Positions 29,453 to 38,071 of a DNA stretch of 64,000 nucleotides are shown here, in pieces. A model generated the notes under the pieces. It saw only the letters and a list, made by a program, of their open reading frames with translations, ran no database searches and had not been told where the DNA came from. Positions within the stretch are counted from its first letter, which is position 1; each line of letters starts with the position of its first letter. This DNA is from Candidatus Multivorans sp. Its GTDB lineage: Bacteria; Acidobacteriota; Thermoanaerobaculia; Multivoradales; Multivoraceae. Location: assembly GCA_965247095.1 (NCBI GenBank), contig OZ251997.1, positions 2,784,001-2,848,000 on the forward strand, given 5' to 3'. Made by a program: the position numbers and the translations under genes.

Positions 29453-30961
29453 TTGAACGCAGCCAATCTGGCCCTGGAGAACATCGAGCAGTTCGGCGAA
29501 TACCCGATCCTCCATTGGCGCGGCGAGATCATCTCGAACGTCGAACTGGACATGCGGGCGCGCAGGCTGGCGAGGGTGCTGCGGGATCGCGGTGTCATGG
29601 CCGGTGATCGCGTTGCCGTGGTGATGCCCAACGGCCCCGAGGTCTTCGAGGCATTCCAGGCGGTGTGGAAGATCGGCGCCGTCATCCTCCCGATCAGGCC
29701 TCAGCTCACGGTCCCTGAGATTGAGCACATGCTGAGGGACTCCAGGGCCCGGGCAGTGATCACCGCCGGCGAACTCGTGCCGCTGATCCGCCGGGCCTGC
29801 CCCGAACTGCAGTTGCTCCTCGCGGCCGACGGTCCGGCTGGGGACGAGGCGGTCGACCTGTCTCTGGAGATGGCCGGCGCCGAGCCCCTGGTGGAGATGA
29901 CCGACCGGGCAGGGGACGATCTGGCGCTGCTGCTCTACACCTCCGGCACCACCGGCAAGCCGAAGGGCGTGATGCTGACGCATGAGAGCGTCGTCTCCAT
30001 TCCGCACCCGAGGATGGTCGACCTGCCGCCCTTCATGCCGACCCTGCACGTACTCCCGCTGTCTCATTCGTTCGGGGTTCTGATGATGAATCTGGGCTTC
30101 ATCAAGGGCATGCAGGCGGGCCTTCTTGTGCACTGGGATACTCGCGGCGTCTTCGAGGCAATTCAGGACTTGCGGGTGGTTCGTTTCTCCATGGTCCCCA
30201 CGATGCTGACCTACATGCTGGAGTTCCCGGAACGGGACCGCTTCGACACCTCGAGCCTGGAGGGCGTGTGGACCGGCGGCGCCCCGCTTCCGGACCCGGT
30301 GCGCCGCGAGTTCGAGCAGGTTTTCTCGTGCCGTGTGCGGGACGGCTACGGCATGACCGAGTCGGGAGGGGCAGGCGCCGCCTACTACGATCAGGATGCG
30401 TTTCGGCCCGGCTCCGTCGGCCGCGCGCAGCCCACCATGTCGATTCGCGTGGTCGACGACAGCGGCGCCGACGTGCCCGCCGGCGTGCGCGGCGAGATCC
30501 TGATGTCCGGGCCGACGCTGATGGCGGGTTACTGGCGCAACCGGAAAGCGACGGACGAGACCCTGGTCGACGGGTCGCTCTACTCGGGAGACATCGGCTA
30601 TCTGGACGAAGACGGCTACCTCTACCTCACCGACCGCAAGAAGGACCTGATCATCAAGGGCGGCGAGAACATCTCGCCGCGCGAGATCGAGGAAGCGCTC
30701 TACCAACACCAGGCCGTCGGCGAAGCGGTCGTCTTCGGCGTACCGGATCCACGGTTCGGCGAGAACATCTGGGCGGCGGTGGCGCTCAGCGGCGACAGCC
30801 AGGCGAGCGAGCAGGATCTCCTGCGGCACCTGGCGAGCTACGTCACCCGCTTCAAGGTTCCGGCACGACTCTTCGTGCTGGACGAGATTCCGAAGAACGC
30901 CACGGGCAAGCTTCAGAAGCGCGCCGTGCGCGACCTTCTTCTGGGAGCAGACGGCGCCTAG
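29453..30961 (+). CDS. Long-chain acyl-CoA ligase
   Basis: YTSGTTGKPKG, GYGMTE, SGDIG, IIKGGENISPREIE; likely TTG start at 29453 after GGAGG. Confidence 0.92.
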   Translation: MNAANLALENIEQFGEYPILHWRGEIISNVELDMRARRLARVLRDRGVMAGDRVAVVMPNGPEVFEAFQAVWKIGAVILPIRPQLTVPEIEHMLRDSRARAVITAGELVPLIRRACPELQLLLAADGPAGDEAVDLSLEMAGAEPLVEMTDRAGDDLALLLYTSGTTGKPKGVMLTHESVVSIPHPRMVDLPPFMPTLHVLPLSHSFGVLMMNLGFIKGMQAGLLVHWDTRGVFEAIQDLRVVRFSMVPTMLTYMLEFPERDRFDTSSLEGVWTGGAPLPDPVRREFEQVFSCRVRDGYGMTESGGAGAAYYDQDAFRPGSVGRAQPTMSIRVVDDSGADVPAGVRGEILMSGPTLMAGYWRNRKATDETLVDGSLYSGDIGYLDEDGYLYLTDRKKDLIIKGGENISPREIEEALYQHQAVGEAVVFGVPDPRFGENIWAAVALSGDSQASEQDLLRHLASYVTRFKVPARLFVLDEIPKNATGKLQKRAVRDLLLGADGA

Positions 30962-30996
30962 CTGCCTGCGCGCATCCCGTCCAGCAGCGTCCGCGA
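30958..30996 (-). pseudogene. 3' remnant of a tetR paralog
   Basis: Reads SRTLLDGMRAGS-stop; TLLDGMR equals the C-terminus of TetR 34329-34943 and CGCATCCCGTCCAG is shared at DNA level. Confidence 0.6.
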
Positions 30997-31007
30997 AGGA
31001 GCGAGGG

Positions 31008-31052
31008 GTGTTGACAACGTCAACACGAGTGTGTATGTTGACGCCGTCAACA
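31008..31052 (+). promoter_or_regulatory. Sigma70-type promoter overlapped by two palindromic operators
   Basis: TTGACA (31011-16), 17 bp, TATGTT (31034-39); GTGTTGAC-AAC-GTCAACAC (31008-26) and TGTTGAC-GCC-GTCAACA (31036-52). Confidence 0.8.
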
Positions 31053-31076
31053 ACCTTTGGAGCAAGGAGAAGCACC

Positions 31077-32678
31077 ATGACGAAGCGACAGACGACCCGC
31101 GGCCGGAGGCGCCATCCATCGAGCCGGATCGCCATGCTCGCTGTTCGAGTGTGTCTGTCGGGATGCATGATGCCGGCCGCCATGCACTCCGGTTCCGAGC
31201 CGGCCGCGGCGTACGCGTTCGAGCGCTACGAAGTCGCTATCGGCGCCGCGGAACGCCAGACGGTGCTGACGGGGTTCCTTGTGGGAGATTCGGTGGCGGA
31301 CCTCGCGGTCGTGCATATCGATGAGAACGACGACCGGCGCTTGCGCATTCTCGCGTTCACGGACGGGGACTGGACGCCGGAAGTCGAAACCACGCTGCGC
31401 CCCGAGGCCTCCTTCGTCGACGTGGCCAACATCGACGGCGGGGACCGGCTGGTCATCTACGGCGACGGCCGCCTGACCTGGTTCGATCCCGAGACCGGAA
31501 CGGAACGCGAACTCGCGGCGGTGACCTCCGACTTCAGTCCGCCTCCGCGGGGCGAAGTTCTCCACGTGGACATCACGCGTGACCTGAACGGCGATGGCCG
31601 CGACGACCTGGTCGTGCCGCGCGGCCACGGCTTCCAGGTGCTGGTCCAGATGAGCGGCGGCGCGTTCGCCGAGCCCGTGGCGGTCGGGCCGTCGACCGGG
31701 CTTGACCGGGCCTACGGCGCCGACGGCTACCGGTACCGGCCTTGGGAGGAGGGCGGCCGCGTCCACGAGATGGACTACGACCTGGACGGACGCAGCGACC
31801 TGGTGTTCTGGAATGACGACCACTTCGTGGTCCATCTCCAGGACGAGCGCGGTCTATTCGCCGCGGAGGCCAGCACGACCTTCACCACCGACGTCGCGTT
31901 CGACTCGGACGAGCTCCGCTCGCTCGCGGCGCCGCAGGAGGTTCGCCGCCGGCGTATTGACGACAGCCTGACCGGAAGCCCGACAGGGAGGGTGCTGCAT
32001 TCATTGACCGACCTGACCGGCGACGGCGTTACCGACCTCGTGGTCTTCTCGCTGGAGATCAGGAGCATGTGGAACGTGCACTCCACGTACGAGGTCCACC
32101 CGGGCGCGCCCACACCCGATGGCGGCACCGCGTTCGCGCCTGATGTCGGCGCCGCGATTCTGTCGGGCGGCCTCCCGTACGGGATCGGGCGGTACGACTT
32201 CGACCACGACGGTCAGGTTGACGTGGTGTACACCACCATGAAGTTCGGCATCTTCAAGACAATGCGCATGATTGGACAAGGGTTGCTGACTCGTTCCGTG
32301 CCGATGCATCTCGACTTCTACCGCATGGAAGGTGGCGTCTACTCCGACAAACCGAGCGCCACCCGCAGAATCAAGGGCCGCGCCCCCGGCGTTTCAGGGG
32401 AAAAGGGCATCTTCCACCCGTCGGTGTTGATCGGAGATGTGAACGGCGACAGCCGCTTGGACCTGCTGGTGCAGAGGGGCCGGAAGGAACTGCGCGTCTT
32501 TCTTGGCGTGCCGGGGCCCGACCTGTTCGCCAGGCGGCCTGAAGAAGTGGCGGTCGCCATGCCCAACGAGGAATACACCTGGCTGGTGGACCTCAACAAG
32601 GACGGCAAGCAGGACATCCTCATGCATCACGCGTTCACTACCGGGCCGCATCGGGTGACGATGCTGATCGCCCGATGA
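31077..32678 (+). CDS. FG-GAP/VCBS repeat protein (paralog 1)
   Basis: Repeated DLNGDGRDDLV / DLTGDGVTDL / DVNGDSRLDL Ca-binding motifs; AAGGAG RBS before ATG 31077; LSGC lipobox-like site. Confidence 0.85.
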   Translation: MTKRQTTRGRRRHPSSRIAMLAVRVCLSGCMMPAAMHSGSEPAAAYAFERYEVAIGAAERQTVLTGFLVGDSVADLAVVHIDENDDRRLRILAFTDGDWTPEVETTLRPEASFVDVANIDGGDRLVIYGDGRLTWFDPETGTERELAAVTSDFSPPPRGEVLHVDITRDLNGDGRDDLVVPRGHGFQVLVQMSGGAFAEPVAVGPSTGLDRAYGADGYRYRPWEEGGRVHEMDYDLDGRSDLVFWNDDHFVVHLQDERGLFAAEASTTFTTDVAFDSDELRSLAAPQEVRRRRIDDSLTGSPTGRVLHSLTDLTGDGVTDLVVFSLEIRSMWNVHSTYEVHPGAPTPDGGTAFAPDVGAAILSGGLPYGIGRYDFDHDGQVDVVYTTMKFGIFKTMRMIGQGLLTRSVPMHLDFYRMEGGVYSDKPSATRRIKGRAPGVSGEKGIFHPSVLIGDVNGDSRLDLLVQRGRKELRVFLGVPGPDLFARRPEEVAVAMPNEEYTWLVDLNKDGKQDILMHHAFTTGPHRVTMLIAR

Positions 32679-34315
32679 ACAAAGTCGGTACTTCGGCAAC
32701 CGACCGCACGATGCAGTGTCGAGGAAGCCTGTCCTCCATACTGTCTCTCGGAGTATTCCTGTCGGGATGCACAGGGTCTGCCGCCGCGCAGTCCACTTCC
32801 GACCAGGCTGCGGAATTCACTTTCACGCAGTACGAGGTCGTCACCGGCGCCGCGAAACGTCAGACCGTCTTGACGGGACTTCTTCTCGGTGGCGCAAGCG
32901 CGGAGCTTGCCGTGGTGAACATCGACGACAGCGACGAACGCCGCCTGCGAATCTACGAGTTCGGCGACGGCGCCTGGGCGCCAGGAGTCGACGCAACGCT
33001 CGGTCCCGAAGTGCTGTTCGTTGACGTCGCCAACATCGGCGGACGCGACCGGCTGGTCACCTACGACCCCGGTCGCCTGAACTGGTTCGATCCCGAATCG
33101 GCGACGGAACGCGCGCTGGTCGCCGTCACTGCCAACTTCAACCCGCCTCGCGCAGGCGAGATCCCCCATGTAGACGTCACTCGGGACGTGAACGGCGACG
33201 GCCGCGACGACTTGGTCGTCCCGGGCGTCGATGGCTTCCGGGTGTTCATCCAGACGGGCGCCGGCGAGTTCGCGGATCCAGTGAAGATCGGCCGGTCCAC
33301 TGAGATGAGCAGGATCTACGGCGCCGATGGATACCGATACAAGCCTTGGGATGAAAGCCGTGTCCACGAGATGGACTACGACCGGGATGGTCTTGGCGAC
33401 CTGGTGTTCTGGAACGAGGACCACTTCGAGGTTCATCACCAGGACGAAGATGGGCTGTTTGCCACAGTGGCCGAAACCTTCACGACCGATGTGGCATTCG
33501 ACTCTGACGAACTCTCCTCGCTCGCCACCGGAGACATGACGGGGAGGGTGCTGCACTCGATAGCCGACCTGAACGGCGACGGTGCCGCGGATCTCGTGGT
33601 TTTCTCGCTGGAGGGCGAGAGAATCTCACGAAAGCGTTCAACCTACGAGGTGCATCTTGGCGCGCCAGCACCCGATGGCGGCACTCTGTTCGCACGGGGC
33701 GTCGACTTCGCCTTCCAGTCGGACGGCAGAATCCAGCTCGGGATGGACCGGCGCGACTTCGATGGCGACGGTCACGTCGACTTGATGTTCACAACGATCG
33801 AGGTCGCGTACCTCAAGAGCAGCCTCTGGAAGAGAATCAAGGGGTTCATGGGCGATGACATCTGGTTGGATCTCGAGTTCCATTCCATGGCAGGGGGCCT
33901 CTATCCCGAGAAACCCAACGCCACCCGCAGAATGCAATTGGATGGCCACCCCAGCATCAGGGAGCTGGGGTGGGCGCCACTGGATGTGGTGCTTCGAGGG
34001 GGGACGCACCAGGAACGGAAGACACAGAAGCGTCACCTGCGGGCGTTCAACACGACCTTGCTCATCGGGGATGTGACCGGCGACGGCCGCTCAGACCTGC
34101 TCATCGAGGAGACGCATAGGCAAATGCTCGTCTTTGTCGGTGTGCCGGGGCCGGACCTGTTCGCCCGGCAGCCTCAAAGGGTGGCGGTCGCCATCCCCAA
34201 CGACGAGGAATACACCTGGCTGGTGGACCTCAACAAGGACGGCAGGCAGGACATCCTGATGCATCACGCGTCCACGACTCAGCCCCATCGGGTGACGATG
34301 CTGATCGCCCGTTGA
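32675..34315 (+). CDS. FG-GAP/VCBS repeat lipoprotein (paralog 2)
   Basis: FLSGC lipobox; same repeats and the same HRVTMLIAR end as paralog 1; ATGA overlap. Confidence 0.85.
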   Translation: MNKVGTSATDRTMQCRGSLSSILSLGVFLSGCTGSAAAQSTSDQAAEFTFTQYEVVTGAAKRQTVLTGLLLGGASAELAVVNIDDSDERRLRIYEFGDGAWAPGVDATLGPEVLFVDVANIGGRDRLVTYDPGRLNWFDPESATERALVAVTANFNPPRAGEIPHVDVTRDVNGDGRDDLVVPGVDGFRVFIQTGAGEFADPVKIGRSTEMSRIYGADGYRYKPWDESRVHEMDYDRDGLGDLVFWNEDHFEVHHQDEDGLFATVAETFTTDVAFDSDELSSLATGDMTGRVLHSIADLNGDGAADLVVFSLEGERISRKRSTYEVHLGAPAPDGGTLFARGVDFAFQSDGRIQLGMDRRDFDGDGHVDLMFTTIEVAYLKSSLWKRIKGFMGDDIWLDLEFHSMAGGLYPEKPNATRRMQLDGHPSIRELGWAPLDVVLRGGTHQERKTQKRHLRAFNTTLLIGDVTGDGRSDLLIEETHRQMLVFVGVPGPDLFARQPQRVAVAIPNDEEYTWLVDLNKDGRQDILMHHASTTQPHRVTMLIAR

Positions 34316-34328
34316 GCACACCGGCCGT

Positions 34329-34943
34329 CTAGACGGCGCTGTGATCTCGCATCCCGTCCAGGAGTGTCTCGGTGGTTTGCCTGATCAGCTCGTCCACATC
34401 GACGCTCGGGCCGATCTGTCTCTCGATCAGCAGGGACGCCAGGCCGTGGACCGCGCTCCAAGCGACGTAGGCTTTCGCCCGCGGATCCCCTCGCTCGATG
34501 TCGCCGCGCTGCTGGTGGACCCGGATTACATCGATCAGGTGTTCGAGTAGGGCGCCACCGGCCTCCCGCAACTCGGGTTGATCTTGTCGCGCAAGGGCCT
34601 CCTTGCCGTACATCAGACGGTAGTGGGCCGGATGCTCCAGAGCGAAGCGCACGTACTCCTCGCCCATGTGCCGGAGCCTCTCGACGCTTGACTGCGGGGC
34701 GCCTTGGCTGGTGGTTTGGAGGCGGTTGTTGAGGCGTTTGAACCCTTCGACCGCGACCGCGACCAGGAGCGCCGTCTTGTCCGGAAAGTGACGGTAGGGC
34801 GCGGCCCGCGATACGCCGAGGCGGCCGCCGATCGCCCTCATCGTCACACTGGCGGCGCCGCCCTGCGAGATCATGGCGGCGGCTTCGTCGACAAGCGACG
34901 CTCGCAGGTCGCCGTGATGGTAGGTGCGGGTCCGTTCGGCCAT
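34329..34943 (-). CDS. TetR/AcrR-family transcriptional regulator
   Basis: YHHGDLR..VTMRAIGGRLGVSRAAPYRHFPDK HTH; WSAVHG C-terminal motif. Confidence 0.95.
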   Translation of the reverse strand: MAERTRTYHHGDLRASLVDEAAAMISQGGAASVTMRAIGGRLGVSRAAPYRHFPDKTALLVAVAVEGFKRLNNRLQTTSQGAPQSSVERLRHMGEEYVRFALEHPAHYRLMYGKEALARQDQPELREAGGALLEHLIDVIRVHQQRGDIERGDPRAKAYVAWSAVHGLASLLIERQIGPSVDVDELIRQTTETLLDGMRDHSAV

Positions 34944-34948
34944 GGGTG

Positions 34949-34957
34949 ATTATGGCA
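34949..34957 (-). promoter_or_regulatory. Extended -10 promoter for a probably leaderless tetR mRNA
   Basis: TGcCATAAT lies 5 nt upstream of the tetR ATG; no SD present. Confidence 0.5.
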
Positions 34958-34961
34958 AGAG

Positions 34962-35038
34962 CCGGTTGATCGCCTACGGCGACGGCCGCCTGACCTGGTT
35001 CGATCCCGAGTCGGCGACGGAGCGCGAACTCGCGGCGG
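34962..35038 (+). pseudogene. Internal fragment of a third FG-GAP/VCBS paralog
   Basis: Reads RLIAYGDGRLTWFDPESATERELAA; CTACGGCGACGGCCGCCTGACCTGGTTCGATCCCGAG is identical to 31457-31493. Confidence 0.85.
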
Positions 35039-35039
35039 G

Positions 35040-37354
35040 CTAGAGCCGGAACAGACGAGTGATCTTGACGACGAGGGCCCGGTTGTTGAGCCTGGAAAGC
35101 CCCGTGTCAGCGTGTCGCGCTGTTCGTTGTAGACGACGAACAGCTCGCTGCCGGGCCGGTACTCCCAGCGCAGCCGCACATTCGTCGCGAACCCGTTGCT
35201 CTCGGAGTTGTACTGCAGCAGCGCGCTCACGAACATGCGCGGCGTCATCGTGTAGATGGCGCGCAGGTCGAGGAGTTCCACCGTGAACTCCCCCTCCGGC
35301 AGCTCCAGTCGGTTCATCGAGACGCTCGGCTCAAGCGAGAAGTGCGGGCTCACGTTCACTCGGCCGAAACCCCAGCCGATCGTCGTCTTGCGGCCGCTGT
35401 AGAAATCGCCGTACTCGAGCAGGAAGCTGCCCGAGATCCGCCGCTGCTGGCCCAGGCTCAAGACTCCGCGCACATAGTCGAACTCGTAGGCGCCGGCGGG
35501 GAGCGTCACGTCTGAGGCGATGGGGAACGGCTGTAGGAGGAACTCGTAGGTTTGCCCATAGGTGAGTTGGACGCGATCGCCGCTGTGAAACTCGATGCCG
35601 AACGCGGCCGCGCCGTCGCGCGTCTCGATCCGGCCGGCGCCGTTCTCGATGTAGGCCAGCGACCCGGTCCAGGAGTATTTGCGAACCAGCCTGCTCGCCG
35701 CTGGCCGGGGGCTGAAGCGGAACAGGCCGAACGACCGGCGCATGTCGTCGCGGCGCAGGAATCCGACTTCCGGGTTGAAGTGGTCGCCCACTCGCAGGCG
35801 CTCCAACTGAACGCCGTAACGGTCGCCGTTGTAGTCCATGTGCAGGCGGTAGCTGGTGTCGTCGCCCACAAGCCCCGGCGTGCGGGTCTGTGCCCAGTAG
35901 GTGTTGAACGTGAGATGTTGGAAGAAGGCGAACGTCCCGTCGACCCCATACGCGTCGTTGAGCCCGCCGCCGTCCTGCGCGACCGAGCGACGGGTGTAGA
36001 TGAGGCCGACGTTGCTGCGGCGCAGGATGTCGCGCTTGAGTCGCACGACGCCGAAGTTGGTGGAGCGCGCGCCGGCCAGCGGCTCTTCGTCCGCTTGGAT
36101 GTCCAGCAGGCCCAGGGTGTAGCGGCCCGTGCGGCCGGTCAGGCGAGCGCCGGCTTCGATGGGGATCGCGCGTCCTCCCTGCAAACCGATGCGCCGGCTG
36201 TAGAACAGGATCGGCGTGTCATTGGACGTCGCAAACACCCCGGTCTGGGCGCCGCCGAAGGCGAAGGTGCCCTGATTCTCGAGGAAGAAGTCCCGCTTCT
36301 CAGGGAAGAAGAGGCTGAAGCGGGTGAGGTCGACCTGCTGCTGGTCGGCTTCGACCTGGGCGAAGTCGGTGTTGTAGGTGAAGTCGGCCGTGAGGTTCTG
36401 GCTGAGACCGTACTTGACATCGATACCGATGTCGGCTGCCACCTCGTTCGAAGTCTCCGGGATGGCGACGAGATCGCTGGTCACGTCGGCGACGAGGTAA
36501 GGCTTGAGCTCGAGGTTTCTCGAGGCCGGCGGGGCCTCCAGGCCGACCAACGTTGCCGCCAGCGACACTTGGAAAAGGCCCATCTGGCCCAACGCTTCCG
36601 GGAGGCGGGTCAATGTCGAGATCTCGTTCTTCCACTGCGTGTAGCGCTGCACGTTGAAGCCCCAGATCTGCGCCCGGCCGGGGCGATAGCGGAGCGACTT
36701 GAACGGGACCGCGGCTTCGACCGTCCAACCTCCCTCGAATCGGCCTACCGCGAGATCCCAGACCGGATTCCAATCCCTGTTGTACTGGCGCTCGTCGGTG
36801 ATCTGGCCGTCGATTCGGCCGCCCGAGGGGTAGATGGTGAAGTCGGCTGCGTTGCGGCGGTCATGGAACGTGTCGAGAATGAAATCGACATAGTCGTCCT
36901 GGCTGTACACGTCGCGCCGCATGTCGTTGGCGGCGATCCGCTCGGGGTCCTGCCAACAGCGAAACGACACATAGACCTTGGCATCGTCGAACGTGACCCA
37001 GACCTCCGTCTTGTCGGTGGCCGGTGAGCCCGGCTGCGGTTCTGTCTGCAGGAAGTCCGAAACCGGCGGCACGGCCGTGTACAGAACCTCGTCGAGTTGG
37101 CCGTCGATCCGGAGCGGCGCGGCGAGGCGCACGGCTCGCACCGTGGCCCGGCCCGAGTCGTCCCGAGTCACCACATCTGGCGGCTCGGGTGGCGGTGGGC
37201 CGTCGAAGGCCGAGGGGAGAACCAGCGGCTCGTCCGACGGCGCCGGCGTGCCGGGCGGCGGCGGCGGCGAGGGGGCCTTAGCCTCCTGGCGTGCCTCGGC
37301 GGCTTGAGTCAGAACGAGGCCGCCGATGAGCAGGCAGCCTGCTGCGCGGTGCAA
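35040..37354 (-). CDS. Carbohydrate-binding-9-like + DUF5916 outer-membrane protein, with an apparent 1-nt frameshift near 35091
   Basis: IDGQLDE, NTDFAQVEAD, RFSLFFPEKRDFFLE, LFYSRRIG; the natural end LNNRALVVKITRLFRL-stop lies in a shifted frame ending at 35040. Confidence 0.8.
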
Positions 37355-37360
37355 TCTTCT

Positions 37361-37382
37361 TAGTCGATCGCTAGTCGATCGC
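37361..37382. repeat. 11-bp tandem duplication TAGTCGATCGC x2 across a stop codon
   Basis: Read directly at 37361-37371 and 37372-37382. Confidence 0.85.
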
Positions 37383-38012
37383 GAAGCAGTAGAAGTAGCC
37401 GTTGCCGCCGGTGCCCTGGAGGTTGGCCTGGCTGCAGCCGCGGCTGCCGTGGGCCGAGTTCCAGGACGACGGGACCGGACCGCCGCCGGTGCGATCGTGG
37501 TGGCCGACCTGGGCGCTGCCCTCGTCGTTGCTCGTCCAGTTGCTGCAGGTGTGGTCGGCGCCGTCGGTGAAGCGGGCGCCGTCGAGCTTCGACCCGGTCA
37601 GGATGTCGTGCTCGTTGGGAGTGTCGCCGCGGCCCTTGACCATCTCGCCCTTCTCGGTGAGTTGCGTCTCCTTGGTCAGCCCGACATTCGAGTAGTGGAG
37701 GGCGTCCAGGTTGCGGGCCACTTCCGCGCCCTTGGCGTTGAGCCACGGGCCCGCACCGATGCGATCCCGGGCGTTCACGCCGTCCTCGCCGTCCGTGCTG
37801 AGGTAGGCGTGCCAGGTCTTGCCCGAACTCCCGGCCGCCTCGGCGAGCGCCGTGCAGTGCTTGTCGGCCCCCTCCAATCCGCCCAGGTTGGCGCCGTCGC
37901 CGGGTCCGGCGCTGGTGATGAAGAAGCTCATCTCGCCGTCCTGGGCCGCAAGCGGCCCGGCGAGGATCAGCAAGGCGACCGCGGTGAACAGAATGCACGC
38001 TCGTGGCTTCAT
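37371..38012 (-). CDS. Secreted Cys-containing lectin/endostatin-like hypothetical protein
   Basis: Signal peptide MKPRACIL..LAAQ; SFFITSAGPGDGANLGGLEGADKHC, HDILTGS, YFYCFA. Confidence 0.7.
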   Translation of the reverse strand: MKPRACILFTAVALLILAGPLAAQDGEMSFFITSAGPGDGANLGGLEGADKHCTALAEAAGSSGKTWHAYLSTDGEDGVNARDRIGAGPWLNAKGAEVARNLDALHYSNVGLTKETQLTEKGEMVKGRGDTPNEHDILTGSKLDGARFTDGADHTCSNWTSNDEGSAQVGHHDRTGGGPVPSSWNSAHGSRGCSQANLQGTGGNGYFYCFAID

Positions 38013-38071
38013 GGCGGAACCTCCGTTGTTCTCTTGTTGCGTCAAGCGATTGAGTATAGGGGCGGCGGCCC

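Noticed and set aside
31077-34315. Repeated DNA segments as a possible CRISPR or repeat array
   Set aside because: They are coding FG-GAP repeats and paralogy between two genes; there is no constant repeat-spacer period and no cas genes.
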